NCBI GenBank assembly: GCA_905178155.1
Contig: CAJINV010000006.1
Coordinates: forward strand, 3,782,130 to 3,846,129
Length of the DNA: 64,000 nt
From: Amoebophrya sp. A120
Lineage: Eukaryota > Protista > Dinoflagellata
Direction: 5' to 3'
The position numbers were made by a program, and so were the translations under genes. The notes under the pieces are model-generated. The model was not told the origin of the DNA, ran no database searches, and saw only the letters and a list, made by a program, of their open reading frames with translations. Below are positions 1 through 12,900 of this stretch, piece after piece. The first letter of the stretch is position 1. Every line of letters starts with the position of its first letter.

Positions 1-310
1 GTGTCCCCGTGCCAGTTTGCGCGAGACACCGGGCACCGCCCTCGCCCAATTCTGGGGGGGGGAGCGGTTTTGCTCCGTGTGCCAGTGCGGCGGGCACGAT
101 TCTGGCCGCGGCTTTGCTCCGTGTCCCCGTGCCAGTTTGCGCGAGACACCGGGCACCGCCTTCGCCCTATTGTGTTCGGGGCAGCTTCATGCCACGGCTT
201 TGCTTCGTGTGTGTCCCCGTGCCGATTTGCGCGAGAAACCGGGCACCACCTTCGCCCAATTCTGGGAAACTTCTTGCCGCGGTTTTGCTCCGTGTCCCCA
301 GGCCAGTTCC
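1..310. repeat. Degenerate tandem repeat (about 100-120 bp unit), probably part of an insertion inside an intron
   Basis: gtgtccccgtgccagtttgcgcgagacaccgggcaccgcc occurs at 1 and 121, with a variant near 211. It lies left of an introner right end at 871-900. Confidence 0.7.
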
Positions 311-900
311 CGCGCGTCCTTCCTACATGGTGCCCTCATCCAAAAAGCCAGCCGCGGCGCTTTGTGGCGAGCGTGGTTTTGCTCCTAGCGAATAATGGGC
401 CACGCACAGTATGCGTGACCGACTTGGCCTCTTCCAACCAGACCCACACACATCGGCAAAGGATATCGCATCAGCTGGAGTCGGGTAGAGTCGGGTAGGG
501 TCGCTTTGCCTTTCCCGAGCTATTTGCCCGACTTTACCCGACTCAAAACCTACCCTGGACCCGACTTTTACCCGACTCTTCACCCGACTCCACAGCTCGT
601 GTTTGTTTTTTTCCCCGAGCTGTATCGGTCGGCTGAGGAGTCGGGTTGAGTCGGTTCCTGGGTCGGTTCCTGGGTAGGCTGTACCCCCCCCTCTTAAATC
701 CACTGTCCCCTCGTGTTACCTACCCCGGAACCTACCCTGGAACCTACCCTGGAACCAGGGTAGGAATGCCAATTTTGGCTTGTTGCTGCAGTTTCAATAG
801 TAATCTTTTTGTTAAGTCAAATCCGCATTACAAATGTTATTTCTCACGCTTGGGAAATATGTAATGCATTTATACGAGTACGATACTTTTGCAGTGCATA

Positions 901-1599
901 AGACCAGCTGGCCGCGGGGAAATTTCGGGTGCGCGTAGCACAGCTTCTCCGCGGTGCCCTCGAAGGGGGACGTGAGCACGAGCGCGTGCGGTTTCTCTTC
1001 GCGGGGAATGTCGCTGAAGTGGCAAGATTGGGGGTATCAAATGCAAATAGAACTCAAGTCTGGGTGGGCGTCGGGAAACTTGTCGTGAACGTGATGCAGG
1101 TCTGTGAACGACAATGAAGATGCAATTCATATGTGGCCAGGAGGCATGACAAGTTTCATCTGAGCTCCTACGTGTTGCGTAATTTGTTCTCGCAGGGCGA
1201 GCTGCCGGGTTCATTTTAGTACAGAGCATCTTCTCGCAGCTGAGCATCAACACAGAGCTCCTCACTGCGGTCCTGCCAGATAATGGCAGAGCAAGTCTTG
1301 CACTTGCAAAAATCTTCCAGACCAGAGGACCTCCGAGACATGATATTTCTTGCAGTGCATAGATTCAGGGTGACGACGAAATTTGTACCCGATGAAGCTG
1401 CCGCGAGAGTGTCGGAGGAGGAGGAGGAGGGTGCTGCTGGGGGGTCGGTTTCATCGGAAGCGTCCACCTCGCGCTTTTGCTTCTTCCGACTCGGCTGCAC
1501 AAGCATCGTCCCGTCAGTTGTACTGGTAGTTGTACCTCCAGGACGGTTCATCTTCGTCGAGTCGCAAGAGGAAGAGAGGGTGGACTGATTCGCGCCCAT
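901..1599 (-). CDS. Hypothetical protein, 5' part; continues off the left edge through an intron
   Basis: ATG at 1599 (MGANQS..., possible N-myristoylation). Exon 1599-1362, introner 1035-1361, exon 1034-901, then an introner right TIR at 871-900. Confidence 0.5.
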
Positions 1600-3211
1600 C
1601 CTGCTCTTATTTTCACTTCGCAAATTTTATGAAGCCAAAAGGTCGACGTCGTGTAACAGGGCTGCGAGGTACTACGCGTTCGAACAAAGAAGTAAGTACT
1701 CACATACTACTTCTGCCGATGATGTGGTTGTGCGTCCTCTTTTTTACTTTCTTGTTTGTTGATGAGTATGACTACAACTGAATTTCAATTTAGTACTTAT
1801 CGCCGTCGGAGTCGGGAACTAGGTAGTTGTGGGCCGGTACTAAAAGGAGGAATTACGTAGACCGTCACGGCTCGTCAAGTCGGGCGCGATTCGATTCTAT
1901 CAACGACGACAAAAGAGCTCTTTGTAATAAATTGCATGACAGATGATCCTTGTCTTTCAAGTATGTCCTTCACAAAGAGAATGTCCTTCCTGCGTCGCTG
2001 GGGTCACATCGTTTTGTTGGATCATTCTTTCTTGGAAAAATCGTCCTTCCCTTCCGCTGCCTCTCCTTACTCGACAAAGCGGAACTACAGCTCGTAGCGT
2101 TTTTTTAGAAGACGTTAAAACATCCTTGGGTTCTTTCCGAACCGGCAGTGCCTCCATCTGCAACTCTACTAGTACCTCTACCGTATATTCTTTCATCGGG
2201 CCAAGAAACCGGAGATCTGCTTCATCGGAGTAACTACAATCCTCTTGTGTGACGCTGCTGAATGATGTCGAGATCATCATCATACTGAAACATGGATGTA
2301 GAAGAAGCTTCTTGCTGAGCTGAAAGTAGAAGAGCATGGGCTGACGCAGCCGCGAGTTACAATTCCTGTATCAGAAAAGAAGCTCCTAGAGTACAGAAAT
2401 GCTCACGATCTGCTTCTGGGCCTCCACTGTAACTGGAACCAAAACCTCCATCTACTACATGATCTTCATCTTTACATGGGATCCTGAGTTGCCATCTCCC
2501 GCCTGCACAGGCTCGTGGTTACGTTAGTAACCACAGGACCTCACAACTTCTGAAAGTTGCACGCGCTACTTTATCGACCGCAGGCCGCAACTTGCAGGCT
2601 TCTTCACAAGAACGAACGTGAGACTATCGGGGAACAGACAGGAACCACGACCACGTCCTAGAGATGCAGCACAACACACGTGAACGTGATTTTATCTATT
2701 GTCTCACCAGGTAGTACTGTGTATTCGCTGGTACTAGAGTGAACACCGTTTGAGCACCAGGAGCACGGCAATCAGTGCCTCCGCCATCAGGACTGACTCG
2801 TCGAGTGACATTTTGAGGAAAAGCTTTCAACTTCAAGTTGATATTGTAATTCCTTTTCAAGATGTGCAACAGAAGAAACACAAACATGGTCCGCGTGTCA
2901 GCGTAACTTTTACTTTCGTTCGAAACGGTTGGATTTCATACAGCTGTGTTGTAGTTGAAGATGAAGACGGGGCATTTTTCAAAGGTACTTTTTCTCTGGG
3001 TTCGTTATGAACGGAGGTAGTTCATCATCTAAAGCTACTAAAACCGAAGACGAGCCCTCCTCTTTTCTCGTCGTGGTCATACATCAGGTCAACATGCGTG
3101 TAAAAGTATTAACTGGCAGCATCACTACAATTGTAGCCGCGCACTCCTGCAGATGAACTGACGGTGTCGACGTGTGAGTCGGTTTTAGAAGCACAGCAGC
3201 AGTCTCCTCTT

Positions 3212-4747
3212 CTACTTGTTCCTCGCTTTCACACCACCTCCTCCTGTTCCGTCCCCCGCTGGGCCGCCCGGAGCCGCTGCCGTCTTCTGGTTAACAGAAA
3301 CAAGAACACTATCTGCACCAGAACCCACTCGAACGCGACTTATCCACAGTACATTTCCCGCACACGTGGCACAAGTGCGGTTTCTGCATGACAAAATTTT
3401 CCTTGAATCCTCTTCAGCATGACAAGTTGCTTCGTCATCCAAGTTGGCGAAATTTGTGATGTACGGGAAATTTGTATTGCATACGACCACGAAGCTAACC
3501 ATCACCCAGTCGCCCGCGTAGGCACTCTCGGACTTGGCAAAGACGACCGCGGTCACCGTTGCACACACGAGGAGGAGGACCAAATTCGTGACCACGACGC
3601 GGAAGGAGCACATGGCTGCGGCTACGTCGACAAGATCCTGGCTTTCTCCATTGAATTCTTATCGCGAGAAAAAATTGTCTCAGTCTCAACTTTACTTCTC
3701 ATGCGGACAACTCTTTGTCAATGTCATTTGTCATGCTCGCATTACATGCAAATGAAAAGTGCCTTGCATAGGTTCTGTTTCATCTTGTCGTGTCTGACGC
3801 ATCACAGGTTTTGTGTGATGTCGATGTCATGCTCTCCGCATAGTACAGTGTGTTGCTGAGTGTCGTGCAAAGAGAAATTTTTTTTGGGACGACTGCGATT
3901 TTTTTTCTTGGATACTTCTTCTTCGCTGTCTATTCTGCTCTCTCCACACCACATCCAGCTTTTCAGCACCGCGTCTTCCTCCCGTGAAATCTTTGCATTT
4001 ATGAACTGCAAAAGTATCGTACTCCTATAAATGCATATACAAATTTTCTCAGCATGAGCACTGGATTTTGTCATGCTGTTTTACCTTTAAGGGCCAGACT
4101 TGTCATGCATAGTTGCAATTAGTACGAGAACGAGTACGATATACTTTTGCAATGCATAGCATTGCCGGTTTTGCAAATGGTGCACAGCATCTGGCTTCGC
4201 GGCAGGCTCACCCGGAGCATGCGACACCGCAGCGAGGCGATACGCTGGTTGTACCGGTACTCCTGCCAGCACCGGGCGTGCGTCATCGCGTTGCAGCGCG
4301 TGCAGCAGGGTAGCAGCTTGTCCCGCGGGTTCTCCCCGTCCCCCTCGAGGCACAGGAAGCAGGCCCCGCTCTCGTTGTCCGAAAGGACGTCGGCGGCGGG
4401 CTCCGTGTTCAACAGAAGCGGCTGGGTATCAATTGTAAAAGTGTCTGGAGGGTCTGGAAGAGCCGAGGCTTGTCATGCACATTTTGCATGACCCGTGAGG
4501 TCTGTGATGCTGGTCCTAGCATCGCAGATTTTTTCAGAGCTTCTTGATGCTAATTACGCATCAGAGGTGCCCTCTCCGCGTGCCAAGAACTGACTCCTCA
4601 CCTCTTGTTGCTGCTCATGCAACACAGATATTTTTAGAATCCGCAGAAAGCATTACAAGTTCCACTCTTCCAGACATCCAGGGATATTTGCAATCCATAC
4701 TGGGTACTCTGTTTGTTGCAGCTGCTCCCGGGCTTGTTGACCATCAT
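3212..4747 (-). CDS. RING-CH (RINGv/MARCH-like) zinc-finger E3 ligase with C-terminal TM segments, 5 exons
   Basis: C4HC3 pattern CFLC...PCCTRCNAMTHARC...CTIC, followed by hydrophobic LVLLLVCATVTAVVF. Introners at 4427-4699, 4000-4158, 3660-3914 and about 3340-3483. Removing 4427-4699 plus one TSD joins MMVNKPGSSCNKQSTQ to PLLLNTEP in frame. Confidence 0.75.
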
Positions 4748-6957
4748 GCCGCTATTTGTCGACACGTAGTTATTGGGAAAATTTTTTGTTCTTCCTCAAG
4801 AAGACCACGATATTACCGGTGGCACGGACGACGACGGTTTAATATGGAGAAAAAACGTCTTCTAACACGAACAAGATGTTGACGCGCTGCTGTTACAGAA
4901 GGTCTTTGTTGCTTTCCCTTTCCGGAAGCTGCTGCAGCTGGAGCAGGTCGTTCGTTCTGGTTCTTCTGCTAAAGGAACGGCTTCCAATTGAAGATGTTCC
5001 TTCTGGTCGTCTGCGGTCCCGATCGCGGGAAGATGAAGGCAAAGCGCTCCTGCTCCTTGTCTTCCTCTTGCTCCGAAATACCAATAGAGGCAGCTTCTTT
5101 CATTTCGTCACGGTGGCAACTTTGCAAGATGGTGCACTTCCACTTTTATTGAGAGCAGCCGAGTATAAAAATGTTGTAGTCTCAAGAGTCATCATCTGAT
5201 ACTCGTCTTGAAAAAAACACTAGACTTCTGAGCAAAATGGGCGATAAAAATGGATTTGAATTTAGTAAATTCAGAAAAGCAAAAATGGCACTGCTAGCTC
5301 GATCTGCGCCCTCTTTGACATCCTTCAGAAGCAAACGTCGGGGTTGCGACTTCTTACTTTGGTATAGAAAACATAGGTGGACATCAAACACGTTTACTTT
5401 ATTCCTCCGGGCGGGGAATATTAGAAATAAAATTTTTTACAACTGCAGCTGGGGGTTCTCAATGGGTGGCTGGTGGTGCAGAGTATTTTTACTGATACAC
5501 AAAGCAGTCAGCGGACGAAAGATTCATCAGTGCTCTCGTGTAGATGGAATTCCAGAGAGGAGGCGGAAAAAAAACAATTTGCTATTTTTTCAGCTACTCG
5601 TCAAATACAACTGCAACAACTACATCGTGGACATTGCAAAAAAAGGGCGGTCCTCGTGGACGAACGTTATAATCTTCATCCAGCGTTAACTTTTTTACTA
5701 ACGGTAATACCAGGCAGACGGCCACCGAGACTTCTTCTAGAAATGTTGCAAATTACGATACAAAAGGCTTTTTTGGTGGTTCTTCTCTGGACGAGTATTT
5801 TTGTCAAGAAAACGTCGGACACGATTCACCAAGAAATGACGGCGCCAGTTTCAATTTGTCGTGCGACAGCGATTTGCTTTCATGTGTTGAACGAGGTACG
5901 TAATATCAAAAAAATCAGGGCAGCTGTACTATCGAAGATGTCGAGTGTATCTACAATAGTAAGTGCCCTCTCTTCGTAAAAGAGGACACGCAGAACACGA
6001 AGACCGCGCTCACAAGATATGCAAAGTGCAGGGGGTTCTAACTTTTATTAACGTAAAGAAATTCATGCGAAATCTCCAGTGAAAGTTACAGCAGGGGGCT
6101 GCTCTTGCAAGTAGAACCGCACAGCAGGATCTGCTGGTGCTGCAGCTTCGCAATTCATTGTTATGTTTAAGGGGGTGTCTCTTGCTGTTGTCTACCTACC
6201 TGTACCTTTGGAAACAGATGTGATGATGTTGAAGTAGCTGTTTTTACTTCTACACGAGTTCGTAGATTCTGATACTCAAAGAGCAGAGGTGGTGCCGTTA
6301 TTTTGTCCTGTCGCAAGCGCAACTTGATTCCTTCTCGGCTATTTCAGTCTGTCAAGGTCAGGAGGTGCTCACAGAAGTTCTTATAGCGCTACAGCAAAAA
6401 AAACAAACCGACTTCTGGCGCGATTTATCTGTTACTTACAACGGGGAAGCTAACGGCTATTTCCATCATGTCTATCATGCGAATGCGTGTGATAAAAGAA
6501 AATCAAAATAAGAAAAAACGGAGAGAGATGCGGTGTTGTATCTTGTTTTTTATTGTTTGGCATTGGCTTCTTGGATAATTGCAGGATAATAAATTAGACT
6601 GTCATTCTCACGTCGGGGCACTATAAGGATGCTATGTATACAGACCGCGTCTTCGGTAGGAACCATAAGAACAGGGAGGTGTGGGGCAAAAACGAAAAAA
6701 AAAGGAGGTACTTACTTACCTGTAAATGAAAAAAAAAGTGCCATGGTGAAGAGCAAAATTAACATGTCGAAGTCGATATGATGGAGGTTGGCAATAATGA
6801 AAATTAAAAATTTCGGTTGTAGTTATCTTGTTGAACAAGAGCACCACATTGAGAACGCTTATTTTGCCTCAGAGAGAGTAAATGAGTAAATCTAGTACAA
6901 CGACCCCGCAGAAGACAAGAAGCAACTGCAAGGGTCAAAAATTGACAACTTGCTTTT

Positions 6958-9900
6958 TCACACCAGCAGCATGTTGTTGCCCGCGTTCTGCATTTCCCCA
7001 GCAGCGGAAGACACCTGCTCCGGAAGATGAGGAATCTGTTGCTGCTGTTCCACCTGCTGCTCCAACTCCACGCCCGCAGCAGCTGTAGTTTTTTCTTCAT
7101 CTTCCGGGCCGGCACTGCCGCCGCCCTCCGAGGACGACGAGGGTCTGGCGGGGGCAGCGGGCGCCGGTAAAAGAGAACTACCACCTTCCCCGGCGTTCTT
7201 GTAGTTCTTCTCTCCAGCAGCAGGAGCAGTCACGTCTGGCAATTCCAAGAAAGACGAAGAAGACAAGAATGTGCCGAGAATTTGGCAGTTCCAACCCTCC
7301 CACTCGGTTGAACAGTACGGCATGCACAGTGCGTAGCTCTGTATGGCGGTCTCAACTGTTACGTTCTCAACTGTGTTACACGAGTTCGTGATGCAAGCAT
7401 GGGAAAACTAAAAGGGGAAAGACTGTGCCTTTTGCATCACAGATTTGGCACAGATTCTTGGGCCATTTGGCACTTCGAGAATTTGTCATGCGAAGCAGCT
7501 TGATCGCGTCGATTCTGGTGCGAATTTTGCATGACAAAATCATGTAACAGCTGAGAATGTAACATTTGAGAACGCCATATTCTGCCAGTTGCTGTTGTAA
7601 CACGTCAAACCGGCACTGCAGCAGTTTGGTATCCTGTGCAAAAGTATCGTACTCGCAGTAATTGCAAATATGCATGACAAATCTTCTTCCTAGAGTAAAA
7701 CAGCATTTACAAATTGTATCTTTCATGCTGAGAAAATTTGTGATGCAATTTGTACTAGTGCGATGCTTTTGCAATGCATATCTGGCTCCCAGACGCAATT
7801 GGCGTTCTGCCCGAGCTTATGCACTGCAAATGAGACGTCCTGCGGGTCGTCCACTTCTTGAAGTAGTAGAGAGCGATTTATTTCAGTCGTGCGTGTTGTA
7901 GCGGGTCACAGTCACTGTCACACAAAATTTTACTGATGTCTTGCCTGCGTCGCAAAAGACAATATGGAAAAGTTGCCCATTTCTACTACTGCCAATGGGT
8001 GCTGAGAATGGATTTCTCAGGCAGAATAGCAGGCATTGGAGGTACTACCGCGGGGCTACAATAAAAAGAACTTGTGATGCGAAGCTAGCCCTACAATACA
8101 ACTAAATTCAAATTGCATGACAAGAAAATATCTCGCAAGGAGCTTCCAGACCCAGATCGTCGATATTTGCAGTGGATAGAGCTGTTGCGAACACCACGTG
8201 TTGACAGGTGTAGGGGCCGGCGTGGGCCAAGACGGCGTCGGCGAGGGCCACGACGGCGTCGGCGAGGGCCACGACGGCGTCGGCGTCGGGTAGTAAATGG
8301 TCCTGAATATTCATGTTGAAGATTTTTGAATGTAACTGTTGATCATGTAGTAATGATCCGATAATTTTTGGTTCTTGCAACAAGTGAAGATTCTGCGCAA
8401 AAAACTTCTACCCGCCCTAGTGCTGACGCGGCTGAGGGACAAAGACAAAAAGAGCGACACTCAATCGATCCGGGGAAATAATCAGCTCAACGGAACAAGT
8501 CGAGCATCGAAATCCAGGCGAGGATGGCCGAAACTAGCGAAGAAATGCCAACTATAGCCGCCGAGGCGGGGGTAGTGAGGTCGCGCGGGGTCTTTTTGAC
8601 TGGACGACGCCGGGCCTTTTTGCTCTTTTCAGAGGAGAAACGCTTTCCCGCACGCCATGGCCCCACAAGGGACTCCGCCAGGGTCGGCCCTGTGGGCCCC
8701 CCCAAATCGGGCCCATAGCATGCGGGTTGGCGTGCTGCTTTTGGCGGGATTTGCGTCCTTTGGTTTTTTTTGTTGAAAAGCCGCGCCCCTGGCTGCCGCC
8801 TCCTGAATCGAAACGCTTTCCCGCATCCATGCTATGGCCCCACAAGGGACTCCGCCAGGGTCGGCCCTGTGGGCCCCCCCAAATCGGGCCGATAACATGC
8901 GGGCTGGCGTGCTGCTTTTGGCGGGATTTGCGTCCTTTGGTTTTTTTTGTTGAAAAGCCGCGCCCCTGCCGCCTCCTGAATCGAAACGCTTTCCCGCATG
9001 CTATGGCCCCCCGAGGGCCCCCGCCAGGGCCGGCCCCTTGGGCGCCCTAAATCGGGCCCATAGCATGCGGGCTAGCTGTCAGATTTTGACGGCCTTCGAG
9101 TTTTTCTATTTTTTTTTGTTGAAGAGTCGCACTTTTTGCCCTGCTCCCCGCATTACAAATGCCAGGCTTTGGTGGCCGGCTTTGCGACCTCCAAAAGTGG
9201 GCCGAAATGGGGCCCATACCATGCGGATTCGCACTTTTTTTCGTCTTGGCATTTTTCCGGCGCCCCTTTTTGGGCGCCCCAAATCGACGGAAATAGGTGC
9301 GCGGGGCGCCTCAGAAGGGCGCCCCTTTTGCCGGCTCCCCTGCGTCGTTTTATCAATCGGAAATCGATAGACTTGGCTCGTGCTTGTTTGACAGCAAGGC
9401 CCCGCCCGATTGATAAATGGAAACTTTTTATGTGCAAAAACACTTCCGCCCGATTGAAAACTGCCGGTCGTTTTGCGTAATGCATGGCAAAAAAACCGCT
9501 AGGATAGAACGTTCGTGACCTCACTACATACTACGTTCGTATTAAATAAACAGAACGGTACGCGCTGAGGCCCAGAAAAATCCATCGTAGCACCCTGATT
9601 GGGGTCAAAGCTTGCGTATATACCCGGGCGTGGTGCCCTCGTGGAACGCCTTTTTTTAGTCTATAGAAACATAGCAATTCTACTGGCCAACGCCCACCAT
9701 ACCACGCGGATTGCGAATTTGTGGCAGCACGGATTTCCAATCCGCTCATTTTGCTGTTCTTCACCTCTTTCCGGGGTCCCGGAATTTTCGCCTTCCGAGA
9801 TTTCCCGGGAACTTGTGCAACTCGTGCAACTTTTGCACGTTTTTGCTGCGAATCACGACGGTACGGCCGAGTTGCACGGCGAGTTGCACGGTGCAACTCG

Positions 9901-12900
9901 CCGTGCAACTATCACAACCCTTCGCGCCGAACCAGGTGGGTACAGGCCTTGTTGCAACTTCCCGAAAATTGTGCAACTCGTGCAACTTTTGCGCGTTTTG
10001 TGTTGCCATCCACGATGGTATGGCCCCAGTTGCACGGCGGGTTGCACGGTGCCACTCGCCGCGCAACTCTGACGGCTCTTCGTACCGAACCAGGACGGCA
10101 CGGGCCGCGTTTCGCTTCGAATTTTGCTAATCGCGCAGCTTCGGCAGTTTTGTTGTGCGAACCACGGCGCGCCCGGTTTCCCAACTTCCACGCGGAGCCA
10201 CGCTGGCGCCGCATGTGGGCAGTATTTCCAGCGCGCGCACGCTGGCTGCTGCGCATGTGGGGGATGTGTCCACTGTGGCGCGCGGCGGCGCATGTTGGCG
10301 CCTTGTCGCGCTGAGAATGGGCATGCGCATGTCGGCTGTGTCTCCTCTTCGGTTGGTTGTTGTTGGTTGTCAATACGCCAGCACGACAACTCGCGACCCC
10401 GCGAGCTGTCGCTCTGGCGTATTGACAGCCAACGCGCATGCACACCCTACACACAACTGCCAGCACCGCGGTCGCGAACTCCCTCGGCACGCCCGCCCGA
10501 GTATCGCGGCCCCTTTGCCAGGGGTGTGATGGCACTGCGGCTGCGGTCCCCCGGGCGGACGAGCGGACCACTCGCAGAACAGGCACCAACGAGGGGGGCG
10601 GCCTGCCAGGCGCCCAACAGAAGCGGCGCAATGGTTAGGTCCGTGGTGGGGCCCGCGCGTGCAATAGCTGTTCCCAACAGAAGCCGCGCTGTGGTTAGGC
10701 CCGTGCTGAGGCCCGCGGGCGCAATTGCTGCAGTTCCCCCCCTCCAAAGAATCTGGCGGACCAGCGGGCCAAGCGGGCGCGCGGAGCAGGCCTGCGGGGC
10801 CGCCGACTCTAAGCCCCGAAGGCTAGGGCCTGCCGCCCCTTTTCCCCAGAGGGAGCTGAAACAACCCAAACCAGCGGGGCGGCGGGGCCCCCCCAAGCTT
10901 CCCCCGTACAGGCGGCCCCCCCCCCAAGCTTTCCCCGCACAGTCGGGTAACCAACGGGGCGGAGGCCCTTTCCGGACCTGATGGGGCGGGAGTGGGGGCC
11001 CCCGGCGGGTGGGGCGGCAGAGAGCGGGGCCCCCTTGTGGGCAAGGAGGGCCGCGGGGGCCTCCCGCGGGGGGGGGCAGGAGACCCCTTTCGGCCGCCAA
11101 CCCGCCGGAGGCGGGAGCCCCCAGCGCGCGGGCAAGGAGGCGGGGGCCCCCAGCGCGCGGGCAGTGAAAGAGGGAGGCGGGGGCCCCTCTGCAGGCGGGC
11201 CGGGGGGCGGGGGCCGCCAACCCGCCGGGGGCAGTGGCCCCCTGCGCGCGGGCAAGGAGGCGGGGGCCCCCAGCGCGCGGGCAGTGAAAGAGGGAGGCGG
11301 GGGCCCCCTGCGCGCGGGCAGTGAAAGAGGGAGGCGGGGGCCCCCCTGTGGGGAGGATACCCAGCGGGCGGGAGGGCGGGAGCCGGGGGCGGGGGCCCCC
11401 TAGCGGGGAGGATATCCAGCTAGCGGAAGGGCGGGAGCCGGGGGCCCCCTGCTTTCCCCGAGCGTGTGCTCGACGCAAAAGTAAATGGCCTTCTGCGTGC
11501 CGTCGTGATTTAAAATCTGGGCCTCAGCGCGTACCGGTCTCTAAATAAATCAAAGGCCGGCAACATCATGCGACAAGGTTCCAAATGCGAATGAATCCAA
11601 CTCTACTTGGTATCAAATGTACTTGGGCGTGCAGGTGTAGGACCAGATTTTCACCGCGCTTGGCCACGGCCAAATCAACCCCGGCTCCCACTGGATGCGG
11701 AGGTAGTCGTGGTCTGATCCGGCAAAAAAACTGTTGCGGGCCTTCTGCTATCAAATGCAAGTATGTCCGGGTCATCTGGAGGATTTTTGCGATATTTGTC
11801 TTGCGCATTTCGTAGCATCCACGATGTCGCCTGATGTAATGCACGCTTTAGCATCACACCGCTTTTTAGAGGGCTTCCTGCTGCCTAGTATTCCGCATGA
11901 GAAATGCGTTCTCCGCGTAACACAAACTGGACTGCTGTTCCTGTTCTTTCTGATCACGCAATACAAATTTGTTTGGGATCCCAAGACAGCATGACAAGTT
12001 GCAACCTTCCAGACGACCCAGACATATTTGCGATCCATATCTGCGTAGCCGCGTCTTCCTTCGCAAACCACGGATGAGCAGTGCGACATCTTTCTTCATT
12101 GCAGCCAGCGATCCCAGTCCAAAAGATACCTTGATCTGTGGCGGATCCAGCCAATGCATTGTACTCATTGTTTCTGCCCCATTCGTACGTATCAAAAGAA
12201 AAAAGTTCGTCACGATCACTCATGGGCATTTTTGCAATACAAAATTGTCTCTCATGCGTAAAAATGCATCACAGCCACACTTCATAAGGGATTTCCCTAG
12301 TGTTTCTGCAATACAAGGAGAAGGTGTGATGCTAAAAAAATTTGTAATGCAAAACCTGCAACTTAGTGACTGTGACAAACTTTTTTCTCTCCATAGTACG
12401 CATCGCATTTGTACTGAATGTCAGCCCTGGTGTCCCACGCATTCCACCCCAGATCCGTTTTTTTGTACAAAAAGTCGGCTTTTGCGCCACTGTCGGCGCC
12501 TGGCCTGACGAGAAAAACGATTTCCCCTCTCGTAATGCCCCAGTCGTATTTGTTTACCGTCTCCGTCGGCAATATTACTTTCAAAAATGTTGCCCCCAAC
12601 CCGGAACTTGCAAATGAAGTTTCTTATGCAAAGTTCCAAGTGAGAGCTTTTTGTCTTGCATGAAAGCAATGCGAGCCTTTCTGATGCAGAATCTTGCAGC
12701 AGGGGCGCAATTTATCTTTTGCATAACAGAGACAGACCCGGCTGCTGCTGGGCTCGTTTGCAACTACACAGATTTGAGCTATTCAGCGTGGAGCATTTGT
12801 GATGCTGATAGATACATGCAAGCCGGGGAATCAATGTTTCCATTGGAGGAATAAAAGTTTGCAAGACAAACGCGCAAGGTTCCGGGGTCGTGGGCGCATT

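Noticed and set aside
1943-3010. Short ORFs between genes
   Set aside because: No motifs, no introners and no consistent exon chain; probably UTR or intergenic.
8487-11548. Long overlapping GC-rich ORFs
   Set aside because: They are artefacts of GC-rich repeats inside an intron, open in many frames and low in complexity.
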